Shown: positions 1 through 13,372 of the stretch, piece after piece
Position numbering within the stretch: position 1 is the stretch's first letter
Layout of the letters: every line of letters begins with the position of its first letter
From: Selaginella moellendorffii
Lineage: Eukaryota > Plantae > Lycopodiophyta
Length of the DNA: 64,000 nucleotides
NCBI RefSeq assembly: GCF_000143415.4
Contig: NW_003314278.1
Location: 1,872,362 to 1,936,361, forward strand
Direction of reading: 5' to 3'
The notes under the pieces: generated by a model
Databases searched by the model: none
Seen by the model: only the letters and a program-made list of their open reading frames with translations
What the model was told of the DNA's origin: nothing
Position numbers and translations under genes: made by a program

Positions 1-2200
1 TTGCAGCCTCTCGGTGGGTTGGTGCATAATTTGGCATCTCCAATTACCAAGGACAAACTTGCTTTATTGCTACTAGAAACTTCATTGTTGTCAGGTACAT
101 GCCTCCATCTCTCACACCATGCCGCAGGAGTCATATGCATACCGGTGTTTCGAGAGGAACGCCTCTATATTAGAGATACCTATATAAACAAATTGAGTAT
201 AGTTGAGAAATTATATTGGAGATACCTATAATAGAATATAAACAAATTGAGTATAGTTGAGAAATTGTATGTTACTTGAAAGCCGCTCGCCACATGAAGT
301 AAGGTTGGCCAAGTTGTTTATCAAATGGAGTCATGCTTGTGGCCTTCTTTGGTAGCCAATCCTCTCCAAGTTTTGTAAACTCAATGGTGACGAAGTCCTT
401 AAATGGAAGTTGCTCAAGATCATCCCCTATGAAAGGCACTAGAAACATCTCCTCTTCATATATAGTTTGTGAAATGTAGACAGTCCTCCTCATCACAATC
501 TCCATCATATTGTCCAAACCTTTTTCTCCTTCCCTAAGTTTACTATTGAGGTCGTTCAAAATGTGTATCTGTTCCTCATATGTAAGCTTTGACTTTGAGA
601 TATTGTAAATAATCTCATCTGGAGTTTTGCCCACTAAAAAATAACTTTTGTGAGAAATCATGTAAATGCAAACAATACTTACTTTCATGACAAACAATCT
701 CTATTATGATATCAAACCACTCCTTTGGGCATCGAGGGTCAGTCACACTAAGTAATTTCTTTACCTTTGTCTTCTTTATGATGTTGATTTTCTTGTCAAT
801 TGTAGCTAAATGCTCCGAGAGTTCTTGATCATTTTCAGCTCGATGCGACTGTGCATATACATCTTGCCTAACCTTCACCAATGGCTAAAGATAACACAAA
901 CATTCTATGATAAGAAGTATACTTAGAAGAACATACTGTACTTCATTTGATTCTTGTACCATCTATTGGCATCTTGACGACCTCGTTGATGCTGAATAAG
1001 TGATGCTAAATCATCACCATAGTGGCTGCAGACTGCATCCTCGTTGAGATTGGCAAGAAACCAAATCTTCTCAATATCATGTACTAGGCTTTATTTCTAC
1101 ACTACAAACTATCCCAGCCTGCAAAACATAAATTGTTAAAAGTGATTGAAGAGGGAGAGGTACTTATGTATTAATTTTGTGGCAAGCTATCACAAGCCTT
1201 ATTGATATGATAGACAGGATCATCTCGAAAGCATTCATTAATGCACTTCATCCACACACACCAACGATGATTCTCATCGATAATGTAGAACATTTTCCCC
1301 ACAAATTGTTGAGTCTCAGGATGGCTCATAAGCATGTTGTCAAATTCACGAGACTTCATTTTCCAAATGTCATCCCAAACCCTCTCAATTTCCAGTGACA
1401 CCGAGAGGGTATTTGTCGGTCCTAGCTTAAAGACCGAAACAAGGAATATACTTATGTTTGTCCCAAGGCCATTCTGTTTGTATAGACTATAGATGTCCAT
1501 GTTAACGAAGTGAGGTAAAGCAGACTGAACAATGCTTGTCTTAGTGAATCAACATAGTGGGATTTCTTGGATCATGTCTCCTAGGCCTTCCCACTTGAGA
1601 GACTCTAGAGTCATGTGAATGGCCTTTTCTTTGGTTCTCAAAGCTATCTCTTGGAAGCGCTTATCTACAATGTGTTCAAGTAACTCCACTTCTCTTTCAG
1701 CTTCAGCTACACCTCTAGTAGAAGCATTATCAGATCTAGCCCCCACCTCGGGCCCAACACCCCCATCAAATGTACTTGGGCATTGCTCCGTATTTGCCAT
1801 ATTTTATGAATATGTTAAGAGTAGTGGCATTTGTGGTTGTGGCAGCAATGGTAGTGATGACAATGGTTGCAATGGTGATGTTGGTGGTGATGATGGTGGA
1901 AATGGTAGTGGTAATGGCAATGATGGTGGTGGTAATAATGGTGGTGAAGACGGTGGTGGTAATAGTAGTGATGAAGGTAGAGGTGGCAATGGCGGTGAAG
2001 GCGATGGCAACAGTAATGATGGTGGTGGCATCAATGGCAGTGGTGGCAAAAATGGGGGTGCATATGGACTGGAGCTATTTGGTTGTGAAGACGGTAGAGT
2101 TGTCGCTGTGAAAATCTCTATTTGAAAGTCAAATTGATTATCTTTCTGGATTTCATCTTCCTCATATCTTGTTCTCTTTGATCCAACATCCTTCTCCTTT
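1..2200 (-). pseudogene. Degenerate multi-exon gene running off the left edge: Pro-rich N-terminal region plus ParB/Srx-like motif; probably transposon-associated
   Basis: Collinear minus-strand ORF pieces 1804-2049 (poly-Pro), 1549-1800, 1171-1500 (GKMFYIIDENHRWCVW), 615-881 and 272-697. They are separated by short intron-like gaps (e.g. ...TTTTGCAG acceptor near 1119) and frameshifts. Confidence 0.5.
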
Positions 2201-2266
2201 TGTACTTCTTTTCATTTCTAAAAATAAAAAAAACTCATTATAAAATAAAAATGCATAAGAACCGCA

Positions 2267-2479
2267 GAGTGCCCCACTAAGTGCCCGGGCCGGGCACTTG
2301 GCATGGGCGAGGCTGTGTGGGGCGGTTTGCTAGTGTACTAGCCCACCCCCATGTGCTATGGCTAGCCCACACGGAGTGTCCAGCCGAGTGCTTGGCCCAG
2401 GCACTTGGCACGGGTGAGGTCGGGCGAGCTAGTTTGCCAGTGTACCGGCCTGCCCCCAAGCACCATGGCCGGCCCGCAC
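2267..2479. repeat. GC-rich ~107-bp tandem duplication containing a hairpin (AAGTGCCC-n5-GGGCACTT)
   Basis: Units start at 2267 and 2374 and share ggcacttggca.ggg.gagg, gtttgc.agtgtac and atggc..gccc.cac. Confidence 0.7.
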
Positions 2480-3395
2480 AGTAGTGCATGTGGGTTTTAC
2501 CCTTTATCCTATGGTGATTTACCATAGGATAGCACCACAAAGTGGAACCTAAACCCTTCATGTGCCATGTGTTGCATGCCACGTGTCCATAGGATAGTGG
2601 TGTGGAACCCGAGGTTTGGGCCACTAAACAAAGGAACGGTGCCAAACTTCCACGCATAGAGCCAAGGAGTGATGGAACTGGAGCGTGGAGCAATTCCCAA
2701 GCGTATAGCCCAAGGAGCAAAGGAATAGGGGCACGGAGCAACTTGGAATAGTCCTAAAGTAACCAGCATCCCAATGTTAAGAGCAGCACGCAAAACGAAG
2801 CCAAACAAAGTATACTGGTGGCCTAATGCGAGGACATGGGTACTATACTAGCTAGCATAGTGTGGAACTTGGGCTTAGACCCAAGCCGGACGCAGAACAA
2901 AGACAAGCACGTAAGCAAGAGCTAGACTATGCCTCAAGTTGGTCGGCCATGCCCAACCTACCCACTATCTCTACTATACATTTGGAACCCTCCACAACCC
3001 CCCCCCCCCCCCCCTCCCCCCTTGAGGAACACACGCTTTGGGCTTTCACCCCAGGCCTCCCTTAGTATTAGGAGTTAGTCTTTGGGACAAGCTCGAAACT
3101 TACTAAATATGGAATGGCGCAATTTGGACACGAGACGAACACCATTATGTTCAGGCTAATCTCTACATTCCATAGATATGCCAAATGAGCAAATTTAGAC
3201 ACTTTCCATAAATAGCATTTGAGACCGAAATGAGACTAACACAAAGGGCATGATAGCGAGGGTGTTTGGTAGACACGGTAAGCTATCATCCAGTGATATT
3301 GAGGGACTAGTCTCAATACACGAGGGTTCCCAACACTAGCAAGTGCAAGTCAACGAATGAGTTTCTTTAACCAGGTCAAGTATGCTTAACTAAAT
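2480..3395 (-). mobile_element. Family A LTR, truncated by an assembly gap
   Basis: Reverse complement of the LTR at 37008-38154 (gtagtgcatgtgggttttaccctttatcctatggtgatttacc; C-run; gggctttcacccc). Confidence 0.9.
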
Positions 3396-4555
3396 NNNNN
3401 NNNNNNNNNNNNNNNNNNNNNNNNNNNNNNNNNNNNNNNNNNNNNNNNNNNNNNNNNNNNNNNNNNNNNNNNNNNNNNNNNNNNNNNNNNNNNNNNNNNN
3501 NNNNNNNNNNNNNNNNNNNNNNNNNNNNNNNNNNNNNNNNNNNNNNNNNNNNNNNNNNNNNNNNNNNNNNNNNNNNNNNNNNNNNNNNNNNNNNNNNNNN
3601 NNNNNNNNNNNNNNNNNNNNNNNNNNNNNNNNNNNNNNNNNNNNNNNNNNNNNNNNNNNNNNNNNNNNNNNNNNNNNNNNNNNNNNNNNNNNNNNNNNNN
3701 NNNNNNNNNNNNNNNNNNNNNNNNNNNNNNNNNNNNNNNNNNNNNNNNNNNNNNNNNNNNNNNNNNNNNNNNNNNNNNNNNNNNNNNNNNNNNNNNNNNN
3801 NNNNNNNNNNNNNNNNNNNNNNNNNNNNNNNNNNNNNNNNNNNNNNNNNNNNNNNNNNNNNNNNNNNNNNNNNNNNNNNNNNNNNNNNNNNNNNNNNNNN
3901 NNNNNNNNNNNNNNNNNNNNNNNNNNNNNNNNNNNNNNNNNNNNNNNNNNNNNNNNNNNNNNNNNNNNNNNNNNNNNNNNNNNNNNNNNNNNNNNNNNNN
4001 NNNNNNNNNNNNNNNNNNNNNNNNNNNNNNNNNNNNNNNNNNNNNNNNNNNNNNNNNNNNNNNNNNNNNNNNNNNNNNNNNNNNNNNNNNNNNNNNNNNN
4101 NNNNNNNNNNNNNNNNNNNNNNNNNNNNNNNNNNNNNNNNNNNNNNNNNNNNNNNNNNNNNNNNNNNNNNNNNNNNNNNNNNNNNNNNNNNNNNNNNNNN
4201 NNNNNNNNNNNNNNNNNNNNNNNNNNNNNNNNNNNNNNNNNNNNNNNNNNNNNNNNAACTATGCCATAATGTGGAAATAATGTCACAGATGCATGTGTTG
4301 AATTGATCACAGTACGTAATTATAAATGAGAATTATATGTTTCTTGCAAGTCATAGAATCTTGTCAAAAAATATAAGATTATTAGATCATAGGTGTTATT
4401 TCCAAAGCAATGTATATAGATAATTTACTATAGATGATAGATGGTAGTACAAAAATGGAATATATTTAAATGAGTTCAGAAGAATGTGATGATTTCTGAC
4501 TTTAATGAAGTACTGGAAATATGTACAATATTTAATTTGTTTAGCAGCAGTTGGT

Positions 4556-4832
4556 TGATGGTAGATCCTAGAATAAAATCATTCCTATCTTTCATATTAT
4601 GGCACATGTTTGAGGTGATATTTCTTTCCGTTCTACCAAAAGTTAGTCCATATAATAACTTTAAGCATGTTTTTGAATTCAATGTATACAAACTTTTAAT
4701 ATTGTACAACATAGTCCTTTATACTTCATACAGAATTTATTATAACAACATTATTTGATGTTAGATCCTAGAATAAAATCACCCTTTCTTTTCACATAAT
4801 AACATAGCACATGTTTGAGGTGATATTTCTTT
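4556..4832. repeat. ~70-bp direct repeat pair, 200-bp spacing, upstream of the MULE gene
   Basis: tgatg.tagatcctagaataaaatca...gcacatgtttgaggtgatatttcttt occurs at 4556 and 4756. Confidence 0.75.
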
Positions 4833-5099
4833 ATAAAAGTTTAGTGTTCCAAAACCTAAAGGTAACAAAATAGAGAGTTTTCTTTTGCATTACCAAGATC
4901 ACTCACCACTTTCTTTCTCCCAAAGTTTTATTTCAAAAAGTTTTCTTTGCCAACGTTTCGATCTTTCTCTTGGTTCTATTTCATTAGAGGTTGTGATTCA
5001 CAACAACATTAGTGTAGTTGAATGATCAGAGTTTCTTCTTTCAGGTGTAGGTAAAGGTGGACAACATTGGGATTTGCAACATTCCAAGTCGAAGGAGAT

Positions 5100-8000
5100 T
5101 TGAGTTTTTGGATCTCCAATCAAAGTGTGAGGCTGCGATACTGCCAAAGTGAATATGAAGCAAAAGTCGGTCATCATCATTTCTTCCTCTATTAGTTTTA
5201 GTAAAGATGTTAATCTAGTGTGAGCCAAGAATTTCCAAACTCCAACTTCACCAATATTCAAAGTTGTTTGCAACACTTTCCAGTTTTCCTACCCCTCTAT
5301 CAACGTGCGTTCCTTTTTGCATAGGCTCGTTAGCGAGCTCCCATCTATATACAATGGCAACATCTTCTTTGAACTACCACCTCTTGTCAGCTCAAAACAA
5401 AAGGGGATGGAGACCAAGCAGGACGTCCACAACTGGTGCTTTGATCACACATTTCCAGCATTTCAAAGGCACAATATCCATGGTTCATTGTGGTAGGTAT
5501 TTGGATTGTGTGAATAAAGAATGCAATCAAGAGTGTGGTAAAAACTTTATATTTTTTTAAAGATCTGCAACCAATCCTCCCATTTGTGACACCATTAGTG
5601 TTAGATTCAAGTGTTGGTTTTGCAGGAATGCTCCATTGTGTCATGCCATCTATAGGGCCAAGATGTACTATTTTCTTCCACGGGATGGAGAGGCTAGTAG
5701 AGCTGTAGTACATATTGGCATGCACACACATCCAATGCAGAAAGGGATACAAAAGAGTTCAGTCAACCATTTCAAAGATGTAGTGTAGATAGAGACTGTG
5801 AGAAACTCATTTGTAACTCTGAAACATGTTCAAAAGACAGTGCTCAAGGATTTTATTCCAATCACTTTACTTAATCCGGACTACAAGAATACTTAATTGG
5901 ATGAGGTTAGCTTGTGGGAGTTACTACGACATGTGCAACTTGCAACTAGCCTCAGGAGGTACAAAAATATTATTACATACTTTTTAATAATATCTCTCTT
6001 ACATTTTGTTTTATTTAGGATAAAGTCTTGAATGTGTGAATCTTAAGAGGGGAAACTTCAATAAAAAATCGACTCAATCCTTGAACTAAAACAAACTTGT
6101 CCCTACGAGTTTATCCATGGGAGTTTATTTCTAGATCAAATCGTTAGTGAGCAAGAGCACCCCTTTGTCTTCAAAATATCTACCATGGGCCCCACCTCTA
6201 GTGTGGATCTTGTTTCCCGAATAGATATGTTTGGGTCGAGTGACCTTGCTAATGCATGGGTACATTTTGACCATATAGAGTAGGTGGCAGGTTGGACAAC
6301 CATGGGAGCTCATGTGTATGATCTGGGGTAGTTTTTTTTCTCATTATCTTAAAATGGTTTTAAGCATTGCCCTTTTCACAGGCTATGATGTAACTTGACA
6401 ATTGCAATAGCAGAGTTTAAAGTACAAGACCAGATGGCTCAGGAAATATTTTGGAAGTTCCTCTCCGACATTGTATTGAAGCAGACTGGTAAGCTTGCCA
6501 ACTTTCGCGGTTTCATGGTAGATGGGGCCGGGGCTAATTGGAATGGTGTCTGGGCAGTCTTTGGGAATGGTCAACCCCTAGAAGGTCTTGAGAGGACTTG
6601 TGAGTTCTATTGGGCTCAAATCCTAAACTAACATTACCACCTTATCAAGCCAGATTTCCAATTAGCATTTAAGGAGTTGTAAACAATGGTAGACTGCACC
6701 TTCTGAAGAAGAACATAAGGCAAAAGCAAATGAGATTTGAATGTGGTGGCATGAAGATGGCCATATTGACATAAACTGTCTACCACAAGTTAAGTTGTGG
6801 TTGGGGTGGTGGGAAGTTAGGATGTTCCAATGTGGACATCACTCTTTTCATGTCGATTTTTCTTTTTTTCCTCTTTTTTTATTGTTGTTTAATATCATCT
6901 TTTTAAAGGATCAACCACTTGGAGGATCTTGCATACACCCCAACTATGAATCTTTTAGAGAGTAAACTTGGAACTGGCGTTCTTCTGAGGCAGGGAAAGG
7001 GAAGATGAGTCTATATAAAGCATGTTTATTAGATTTGATATGTGCTATAGAGCAGTCTTCAAAAGCATTGGCATTTGAGGAAGGATGATATATGGGAACA
7101 GAACCTTCAGTTGAGATGTTACACAATCGGATGAAGAAGAAAGTGACTCCACCAACACAAACAATGGCAATTGCAGTGGAGGAAGTGATCCGTGGCACAT
7201 CTATAGAGTACACTCCTAGGGCTTCTATTGGTGACATGAAAACCGTCCGCTCAAAGCGTTGCTTTTCCTTTGCTGGTGAAGATGTTGGCACGGATCTTGG
7301 AGCAAAATGCTCTCACAGGCCTAATGTTGAGTATCATTCTGCTCTAAGATATCACCTCTGAACTGAGCCACCTCTAATGGCTAATGAAGGAAGTGCATCA
7401 CAACAAGTTGAAATTGCTTATTGTAGCGTGGAGTTGAAGCAATGGGCAATCCATTGAAACCAACAAAATCAAATGTAAGGTGTGTGGGGATGCTTTTGAG
7501 AGGCAAGTGTTAGGCTTGGATTCATGGTGACAAGTCTGCTTCTATTCTAACCCTATATTTCCATGGGGAATAAAAGCAAGAAAGATTTTTAAGATGGTGT
7601 TGGCTATATTGCTGCAACATTGATGTCAACCATATAAAGTGCTTTGAAGACACTATAGTGACTAAATCTGATGTAGTACCTAAAGAATGGCTAGTTGCTA
7701 ATGAGGTTGCACTCACCTCAGATGAAATTGAAAACCTTGAGAAATCTGGTTTCAATCTTGAAAGGAGAGTTGGAGACATGAGTGATAAAACCAGAACTGT
7801 TCCTATAGAGAGATACATAGGAGGCTAGTAAAAAAAGGTAAAGCAATTAAATTTATTGATACTGTCTCCAAGTAGAAGCAAGGTAAAATAAACTTGGCTC
7901 AAACACTTGAGCGTGAGATTCTCTCCATGAAGTACATCATTGGGCTTGCAAAAGAGTACATAGTCAAAACAAAAGGTGGAGAATACACAATTGCCATTCA

Positions 8001-8110
8001 AGACTTTCCTTCTTGCACATATCTAGACTTTATGTAGCGTGAGAAACATGGGAAGGCATATACTCCTTGCAAGCATATGTACTACATCTTCATCAACATC
8101 TTGCACTAGG
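5100..8110 (+). mobile_element. Degenerate intron-containing Mutator-like (MULE) DDE transposase with C-terminal SWIM zinc finger
   Basis: Motifs appear in the expected order: WVHFDH (~6255-6273), GFMVDGAGANW (~6508-6541), RTCEFYW (CxxH position, ~6593), PNYES (~6939) and PSCTY...PCKHMYY SWIM (~8008-8085). Many stops; no TIRs identified. Confidence 0.7.
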
Positions 8111-8420
8111 ATATTAAAGTGTTAATTCAAATTTAATAATTTTTAAATTCTGACAAACTTGACAATTACTAGTCAGAAAGCACAGAGTACAATGATAGGG
8201 GCGTTTGTTAGAACATAAAATAAAATGTTTGCAAAAAGAGTATTCTTGTCACTTCTTTTCATGTAATAAAAATTTAAATTATTAGAACAAGAAGTATCCT
8301 TTAGAAAAATTTTATCTATATAATATATAAAGAGTTATAAAATTATTAGGTTCACTATAACCTTAAAATTTTAAAGTTTATAATGTTTGTACTAGGAAAT
8401 TGAGCTCAACTCTTTAGCTC

Positions 8421-11400
8421 GTGAGCTCAAGTATGGTCCATACTCGTGACAAGACACATATCACTCATTTTGAGCTATATTGCACATCAAATGGCATCAT
8501 CGAGGATGATCATTTGTCACGATTGCTCACTGGCCAAGCAATAATATGGGCAAAGATGCTTTTGGAGGTAGATATGGCTAACTACTCCACATTTAAAGCA
8601 TCTTTCCAAGGTCATTTTGATCAGCAACAATCTGCAAATCTCTCACTTATGGATTTGTTCACTTTTTGGCAAGGAGCACCCAAATCTGTGCCGGAATATG
8701 TGATTCAGTTCATGTCTTACTGGAAGGAGTGTGTCCAGCACAAGGTTATCACAAATGAACCTCATAGCATCACCACATTCATTTTTAGCCTCAAGGGAAA
8801 TCTCCAACTCAAAATGCTTGAGCAAGAGTTTCAGACGTGTCATAAGGCATTCGCTATAACAGAGACTCTAGAGCTGGATCTTCTCCAAGAGCTTGAGATT
8901 TATAGGGTAGATGAGGCTTTCCTCTCACCCTCAGATGAAAGCTCATGTGCTACCATAGTCCATTCTTCTCGAGCCTTGCACAAAGATGATAGAGTCCTTT
9001 TAGTGATCGAGAAGGCATTGTTGGAGCTTGTAAGATACAAGGAGATCATCCAGAAACAGCAATAAATGCAAGAGAAGCTACTTAAAGAGCTTAGAGCATA
9101 TTGCTTACAGTAGGCAAAGAGACCAAGATGCCCTTCTTGTTTTTGGTAACTGCTCACATTGCGATGTTATGATACACAACATGGAAGCGTCACCCAGAAC
9201 TTCAGCCACCTTCTGTCCAACATGTTCAATAGCAGCCTCTAGTAGACAACACATCTCTTCTATAGCCAGCAAATAGATATTAGCAACAACAAGAATAGAA
9301 AGCAATCCAAGACACCCCTTTGTCAACTCGTGGGAAGACATTAATACACATCAATATGGTTTACATTACAAAGGACAGTTATAAGGTGGCTACTATGACT
9401 AGAGGGTGCAAGAATGTTTCTCCTCCAGCCCCAAATATCGATGGTGAGTAGGATCCAACACCCATTTCCAAAACTCCACCATCTCTCACAGTGTGCAAGT
9501 TACCCCATGCTTTGGTATTTGCAGCACCACCCACATCCTTGGCCACAACTTTGGATCTAATTATTGAACATTTATCTAACTTTTAAGATAGGGTCTCCTA
9601 GTTGCCCTCCACTCTTTCTCGGGTCCCACAAGGGGTTCTTGCTCAAATTGCTAACACTCCAATCTAGATCACACTTGGTGAGCTTTTGCGATGCATGCCC
9701 AATTTTACTTCTCAACTAAAGGTTTTTGCCAAGTCCTCAGGCATCCCCATGGAACTTTAGCATGACGTGCATATCATTAACAATCAGACCACTCATGATC
9801 CTAGGGCATTCTTTGTAAAAGTCCAAATTGGCAATAAATCCTTGATAGCACAAGCATTACTTGATTTTGGATCCCAGAGCAATATCATCTCCCTCGACTT
9901 GGCACACTCTAGTGGCTTGGAAGTGGTGAGTAACACAGCTGTGATCCTCAACATGTTTTCTAATCACTCAATAGTTCCTATAGGCATCTACCAGAATGTC
10001 AAGATCTTGGTGTAAGGAGTGGTTTCCACGCTAGATTTTCTTATGACGGACTACCAGCAGCTCGGATCTGGGAAGCTAAAGAACTCTATCTTCCTGGGAC
10101 ATCCGTGGCATCTCACTGCTACTTGCACGACAACTTGGGCCAAAGGAGAATCAATGATCACCAACAGCATCCATGCAACAACTTTTCTCAATGCCCATGG
10201 TCATTCTCTACTTCCATCCAACTTATCTCAAGTGGATGCTTCTTCCATCACTTAAGTTGACTAGATTCTCAAAGTTCTTTTCTCAGAACTTATTGAGGAT
10301 GACACACTACTGGAGATCCAAGTTGTTGAGTGCAATATGATTGACTTCTTCAACACGGACTGGACTACATAAACACTTGACTCCTCTATCATCACTACAC
10401 AAGTCCAGAAATTCCTTTGCTTCAACAAATCTAGAGATTTCACATTGATTCCTTCACTACAGCATAGTGAGGAATTTGTCTAAATAGTGGTTTCTCCAAG
10501 TACTTTTCCAACTCCAGCACCATTTCAGAAGTCATAGGGGATCCATACCAGGGATCTTTTAGCACCAACATAGAGTTTGGACACATTGCAAGTGAGCTTG
10601 GACATCGACAACCACAAGATATGAGTTTGCGACACACTTGTTGCTGTGGGGGATTGGTAAGCAATTCCTGTAGATGAAGCTGATGAGTTGGTGGCTACTG
10701 GGACTGAAAAGCCACTGTTTTACCACTTTCTTCTAGATAGGCAGCCACCTCCATTTGCCTCTAGCAAATGCCTTGAAGTGGTATTTGCTGCAGCCATGGA
10801 GTTTTTGACTTGTTCCCATAATGTGGAGCTTACATTTGGAACCTATATCCACCCCAAAGTCTCTTCTTGTGTACTAACTCTACTTTTACAGGGAATTTCC
10901 CAAATGTATGTACATTACCATGCAACCTTGGAAGCTTACTAGACAACATGCTCACAACTTCTCAAAATGCAACTTTTGATCCTAGACTTCTTCACAACCT
11001 TCCTCAGAGTCCTCTACATGATCTCAGCACTGAGGTGGAGCCTTTTCACATAGTACATGATAGTTTTGGAGCTGTCAATGAAATAGGGTCACAAGGCATC
11101 AACACTTTGGAGAGCACAACTTCTTCACTTTCTTTGAGTACACCTTTGACTCTCCAGCTTAGTGACTACTCTGTTAGTGGTGCAAAGTTGCAATCTAGCC
11201 TTGCTACTCACTTGGGATACAACTATGATGTAAAGGTAGTGGGCATTTTCCAGTAGCATCTCAATTTTTCCTGGAGATTCTCCCAACTTGGCACCTCATC
11301 TCAGCTCTTCCCAGGCTTAGGTTCATAGCTGGGTTGTGACTTCATCCTGCTACAACACTCAAGGCATTTTCCAACACTATTGATAATTCACCCGGCCACC

Positions 11401-12757
11401 AGCTCTTCACCAAAGACACATGACAGTGTCCTCAGCTTCTTGAAGACACTTTCTACCATCCCAAGGAGGCTCCCATCCTTCCAGGCAGTTTTAGCATTCT
11501 AGATTCTTTTATAGTGACATGTTCACCACCTCAAGCAATTTCATTATGATCCAGCACTTGAGGGAAACTCGACCGGTTTCAATGGCATTCTAGGCCTTCT
11601 ATAGGATGCCTTGCATCCTCCTAAAGTGTTTCCATCATCATCACTCATCACAGAAGCCATTTGCGCTACTCTCTCTCTTTTAGTGGTGGGATCTTTCCAT
11701 CTTCACTCATTGTTCTACATTCTTTGTTTTTCTTTGCTTTTGTTTTTGCTTTCACTCTTCTTCCATCTTTCATCAAGCTAGGGAATCACATGGAGCAAGT
11801 CTCTTTCCATGGTGAACACACTTTGGCTGCATTATTAATTGTATGAAGACTTCTCAACTTTTGTTAGTTTGTGCTCTATTTCTTTTGCTTGTTTCCCTAT
11901 ATCAGTTCCATCCTCACAATCATATCACCACTTTACATCATCCATGCTCTAAAATTCACTTCCACACACTCACACCACCATTGCCTAACTCTCACTACAC
12001 ATACCCAATGATCTCTTTCATATTTTCCACCATTCATCATCCTTTTATACCATATATTTGGGGACAAAACTTCATCACAGAGGCTCTTCTAAACAAGAAG
12101 CAATAGAAATCAAGATATTCTCATGCACAACATGTGAGATATTTGATGAACCAATCATATGCTGTGACTTTCTTTCCTTTAGAGCTGATTTCTTTTTCCA
12201 CTAGGAGATCCCGACTGTAGTAGGAACCCATGTGCTTTTAGAGGTGTGTCTAACAAAGCCAACACCTTTTTTTCCAGCTCAAATCACAAGTGAAGCAGTT
12301 TGCCACTTTTAAAGTGGTAGTCTAGTAGTTTTTGTGCAAGCAGTAGCTGCAACTTCACATTTCACTACATCAGATTAAAGCCCATCCTTAGAAACACTGG
12401 GCAATACATTCCCTATGCTTTCTTCTTTATTCTTGATGAAAGTTTTGAGCACAAACTACATGTGCTTGAGGCTGCATTAACATATTCATTTTCCAGAGTG
12501 TGGGAGCTAGGTTTAAACTTATTTCCATTTGGTTTTCTTGCTTTTTTCCTCATTTTTTCTTCTCTTCTCCTACTTTCTTGAGTCTCTAGTTCAACTATAC
12601 AATTTCCCATTGGTTTTCCCTGTGTCTTTAAACTTTAAACTCCTCTCCCATCTTTTATCCTTTTTGACTTCCACTTTTAGCTTTCTCTTGTTTTCTTTTT
12701 GTTTCAGCAGTTACCTTCTCTAGACACTACATTCTAATACATGGGGGCATCTCAGCT
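8421..12757 (+). mobile_element. Ty3/gypsy internal remnant: gag and aspartic protease followed by a long non-coding region
   Basis: ORF 8421-9065 is Retrotrans_gag-like (FTFWQGAPKSVPEYVIQF). Protease ALLDFGSQSNIIS lies in 9767-10015 and IFLGHPW in 10019-10255. No RT, RNase H or integrase recognised. Confidence 0.65.
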
Positions 12758-13260
12758 GTGGGTTCTTGTGTGGTGGAGTCTTATGCATCTCACTAGTGGT
12801 CACCTATTGTAGTGATAGTTTATCACCACCTATCACGACTTAGATTTTGGCTTGAGAGAGTACATGGAATATTCTATACCCTTAGAATATTCCCTTATCC
12901 TTGCATATAAGCCCAAGATAGGCTTAAGAATAGGGTTCCTTCCCATTTCCTATACACTTGAGTTTGGAACTACGAGTTGAAGGACGTGCAACCAGAAGTG
13001 GAAGAAGCGACATCTCATAAGGTTATGCCAAATAAAGAGCATCATCAAGGGTTTATAGTCATTCACTCCATTTAAGACTAGTGAATGCTTTGGTTTGTAT
13101 TTGGGAATTGTTTTAGACTTTGGTTTGCTTGATATTATGTAGCTCAGTACTTGTCAAGGGGTCCATACTTTCTATGTTGTTAGCATCTACAGTCTTTTGT
13201 TTTTTCTTCTGTTTCTTGTCATACTTCAACTTTTTGTATGAAGGTCTTTAGAAGAGCATT
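12758..13260 (+). mobile_element. Probable 3' LTR (family D); right boundary approximate
   Basis: TG start follows a short G-run (atgggggcatctcagc). 12836-12950 matches the reverse complement of 27673-27790. Confidence 0.45.
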
Positions 13261-13372
13261 AGTCTATGTTAATTGTCCTTTCAAAGTGTTAATAAGGGAG
13301 GAAAAAGAATGTTAAATTTCATTTTTCCATAATAAAACTCCAGATGATCTCCTCTATGATCTATATCTTAGA

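Noticed and set aside
1619-2125. Gly/Asn-rich and Val/Met-rich plus-strand ORFs
   Set aside because: Antisense shadows of the Pro-rich low-complexity segment of the minus-strand gene.
2862-3065. Recurrent MELGLRPKPDAEQ... and MEYSY... ORFs in many places
   Set aside because: They recur only because the family A LTR recurs. Their ends shift with poly-G/C length and no domain is recognisable.
3390-4310. Long ORFs made of X residues (also near 34383, 40622, 43589, 46452)
   Set aside because: Artefacts of assembly N-gaps.
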